Part shown: positions 62,647 to 64,000 of the stretch, in pieces | How the letters are laid out: each line of letters begins with the position of its first letter | Position numbering within the stretch: position 1 is the stretch's first letter | NCBI GenBank assembly: GCA_938075455.1 | Contig: CALJHN010000006.1 | Location: 48,182 to 112,181, forward strand | Source of the DNA: an uncultured Flavobacteriales bacterium | Lineage (GTDB): Bacteria; Bacteroidota; Bacteroidia; Flavobacteriales_D; Parvicellaceae | Length of the DNA: 64,000 nt | Direction: 5' to 3' | Notes under the pieces: generated by a model | The model's input: the letters and a program-made list of their open reading frames with translations, nothing else | Database searches by the model: none | What the model was told of the DNA's origin: nothing | Program-made: the position numbers and the translations under genes

Positions 62647-63393
62647 TAATTTATTTAAAATCTGTTCTTGTTGAACTAGAGAATGAAATATAGGGAGTCT
62701 AGATGCATGCTTAATCATTTCTAGATGATGTTCGTGATGGCAATCACTGCCAACAAAATCAATGACTTTATCTTTTATTAGTCTATTTGCAACTTTTTTT
62801 ACTTCAGGTCCATAAGCTCCTGTTACAGATCCAATATTTAATTGAAGCTTTACGCCTCTATTAATCATTTCTTCTATCTTGTCGTAATCTTTATGCCAGT
62901 AAGCATAACGTTCTACATGAGCGAGAACAGGTGAAACTCCCTTTTCTCTCATTTTCCAAATAATATCGTTTACTCTAGGTGGTTCATCAAAAAAAGATAG
63001 TTCAAAAAGAAGATACTTATCAGGGCCAAACGTAAGTAAATTGTTTTTTTCTAGTAAGTCTTCAAACTCTGGTTCTAAATTGTATTCTGCAGCAGCTTCG
63101 ATTTCAATACTTAAGTTGTTTTTTTTGATTTCTGTTTTTACTTTATCTAAACTAGAAAGTATAATTTCTGGGGTGTTTTTATAATAATCACTCATTATAT
63201 GAGGAGTAGTTATTACTTTTTTATATCCTAAGTCAATAAATTTTTTAAGCAACATTATTGTGGTCTCCATATCAGGAGATCCATCGTCGATACCAGGAAT
63301 TAAATGAGAATGAATATCGTTTCTCAAAAAGCTTAAATCTATAGGCTCAATAGTTAATTCTTTTTTAGGAAAAATACGACTTAATAAACCCAT
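62641..63393 (-). CDS. CpsB/CapC-type PHP-domain protein-tyrosine phosphatase
   Basis: DIHSHLIPGIDDG N-terminal metal site, TPH, LAHVERY, GSDCHH. Confidence 0.82.
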   Translation of the reverse strand: MGLLSRIFPKKELTIEPIDLSFLRNDIHSHLIPGIDDGSPDMETTIMLLKKFIDLGYKKVITTPHIMSDYYKNTPEIILSSLDKVKTEIKKNNLSIEIEAAAEYNLEPEFEDLLEKNNLLTFGPDKYLLFELSFFDEPPRVNDIIWKMREKGVSPVLAHVERYAYWHKDYDKIEEMINRGVKLQLNIGSVTGAYGPEVKKVANRLIKDKVIDFVGSDCHHEHHLEMIKHASRLPIFHSLVQQEQILNKLL

Positions 63394-64000
63394 TAATTAT
63401 AATGTTGATGGTAATAGTTTTGATAAGATCCACTTGTAACATCATCCAACCATTCTTTGTTATTTAAATACCAATCTACTGTATTGGCAAGTCCTTGTTC
63501 AAAGCTTACAGATGGAGTAAATCCTAATTCTTTTTGAATTTTTGTAGCGTCGATAGCATATCTTAAATCGTGTCCAGCTCTATCTTTAACATAAGTTATT
63601 AGTTTTCTTGATTCTCCCTTAGGATTGGAAAGTCTATCATCCATGATATCGCACAAAAGATTAACTAAGTCTATGTTCTTCCACTCATTATGACCACCAA
63701 TATTATAAGTTTCACCAATTCTTCCGATATGAAAAATTAAATCTATAGCATTGGCATGGTCTTCCACCCAGAGCCAATCTCTTACATTTTCTCCCTTTCC
63801 ATAAATTGGAAGAGGTTTTTTATTTTGAATGTTATTTATAATTAATGGAATTAGTTTTTCAGGAAACTGGTGAGAACCATAATTATTACTGCAATTTGAA
63901 ATTTTTATTGGCAAACCATAGGTATGGCCATATGCTCTAACAAGATGGTCTGAGCTTGCTTTGGATGCAGAATAAGGGCTTCTTGGATCATAAGAAGTAG
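63393..64000 (-). CDS. rfbB: dTDP-glucose 4,6-dehydratase, C-terminal ~200 aa (5' end outside window)
   Basis: The ORF-track Met at 63914 is really an internal Leu (TTG); frame stays open to nt 64000: ...[41 protein letters not shown]... contains the SDR YxxxK (YSASK) catalytic motif. Confidence 0.9.
   Translation of the reverse strand, partial: TSYDPRSPYSASKASSDHLVRAYGHTYGLPIKISNCSNNYGSHQFPEKLIPLIINNIQNKKPLPIYGKGENVRDWLWVEDHANAIDLIFHIGRIGETYNIGGHNEWKNIDLVNLLCDIMDDRLSNPKGESRKLITYVKDRAGHDLRYAIDATKIQKELGFTPSVSFEQGLANTVDWYLNNKEWLDDVTSGSYQNYYHQHYN

Overview
The window is a very AT-rich (about 30% G+C by eye, not computed), extremely gene-dense stretch of core chromosome from a streamlined member of Bacteroidota, class Flavobacteriia. 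The taxonomic call rests on several observations:
- gldB and gldC are present.
- One encoded protein carries a T9SS C-terminal sorting domain.
- DUF4290 sits next to murA, and TAnnTTTG -7 boxes sit just upstream of start codons.
- No tuf lies between fusA and rpsJ.
- L36 and S14 are the Cys-less forms.

The centre of the window (27.9-45.6 kb, minus strand) is one uninterrupted ribosomal superoperon: rpsL-rpsG-fusA-rpsJ-rplCDWB-rpsS-rplV-rpsC-rplP-rpmC-rpsQ-rplNXE-rpsNH-rplFR-rpsE-rpmD-rplO-secY-map-infA-rpmJ-rpsMKD-rpoA-rplQ. The ORF track omits rpmJ and rpmD because they are short. I found them by hand.

The flanks are housekeeping genes:
- Fe-S assembly: mrp and a NifU-like gene.
- Pyrimidine and purine metabolism: pyrC, carA, purK, purE, hpt, adk.
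- Other core functions: obg, crcB, nadE, trmB, monomeric icd, eno, uvrD, murA, grpE-dnaJ, alaS, fabD and rfbB (partial).
- Envelope genes: a TonB-dependent receptor, beta-barrel OMPs, a GH25 muramidase, an M23 peptidase, a CapA-like protein and a CpsB-like phosphatase.
- An ABC-2 exporter followed by a sigma-54 activator.
- A partial CarH-like MerR/B12 regulator at the left edge, also missing from the ORF track.

By my gene calls about 97% of the window is coding. All six convergent gene junctions have gaps of 6 nt or less, or overlap.

I found no rRNA, tRNA, CRISPR array, transposase, integrase, phage or defence-island signature. I do not see convincing evidence of a novel multi-gene system.

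The observations most worth a second look are:
- an uncharacterised OMP plus HhH-domain/putative-barrel gene pair at 19.3-22.3 kb;
- a sigma-54 activator without a DNA-binding domain and with a GSFTSA loop, coupled to the ABC-2 exporter;
- an Mrp/NBP35 protein lacking its CxxC motif, paired with a NifU-like protein that has one;
- a DnaJ with only one zinc centre;
- a MurA with Asp at the fosfomycin-target position;
- a few palindromic candidate operators.

All functional calls come from reading the translations. No database search was run.
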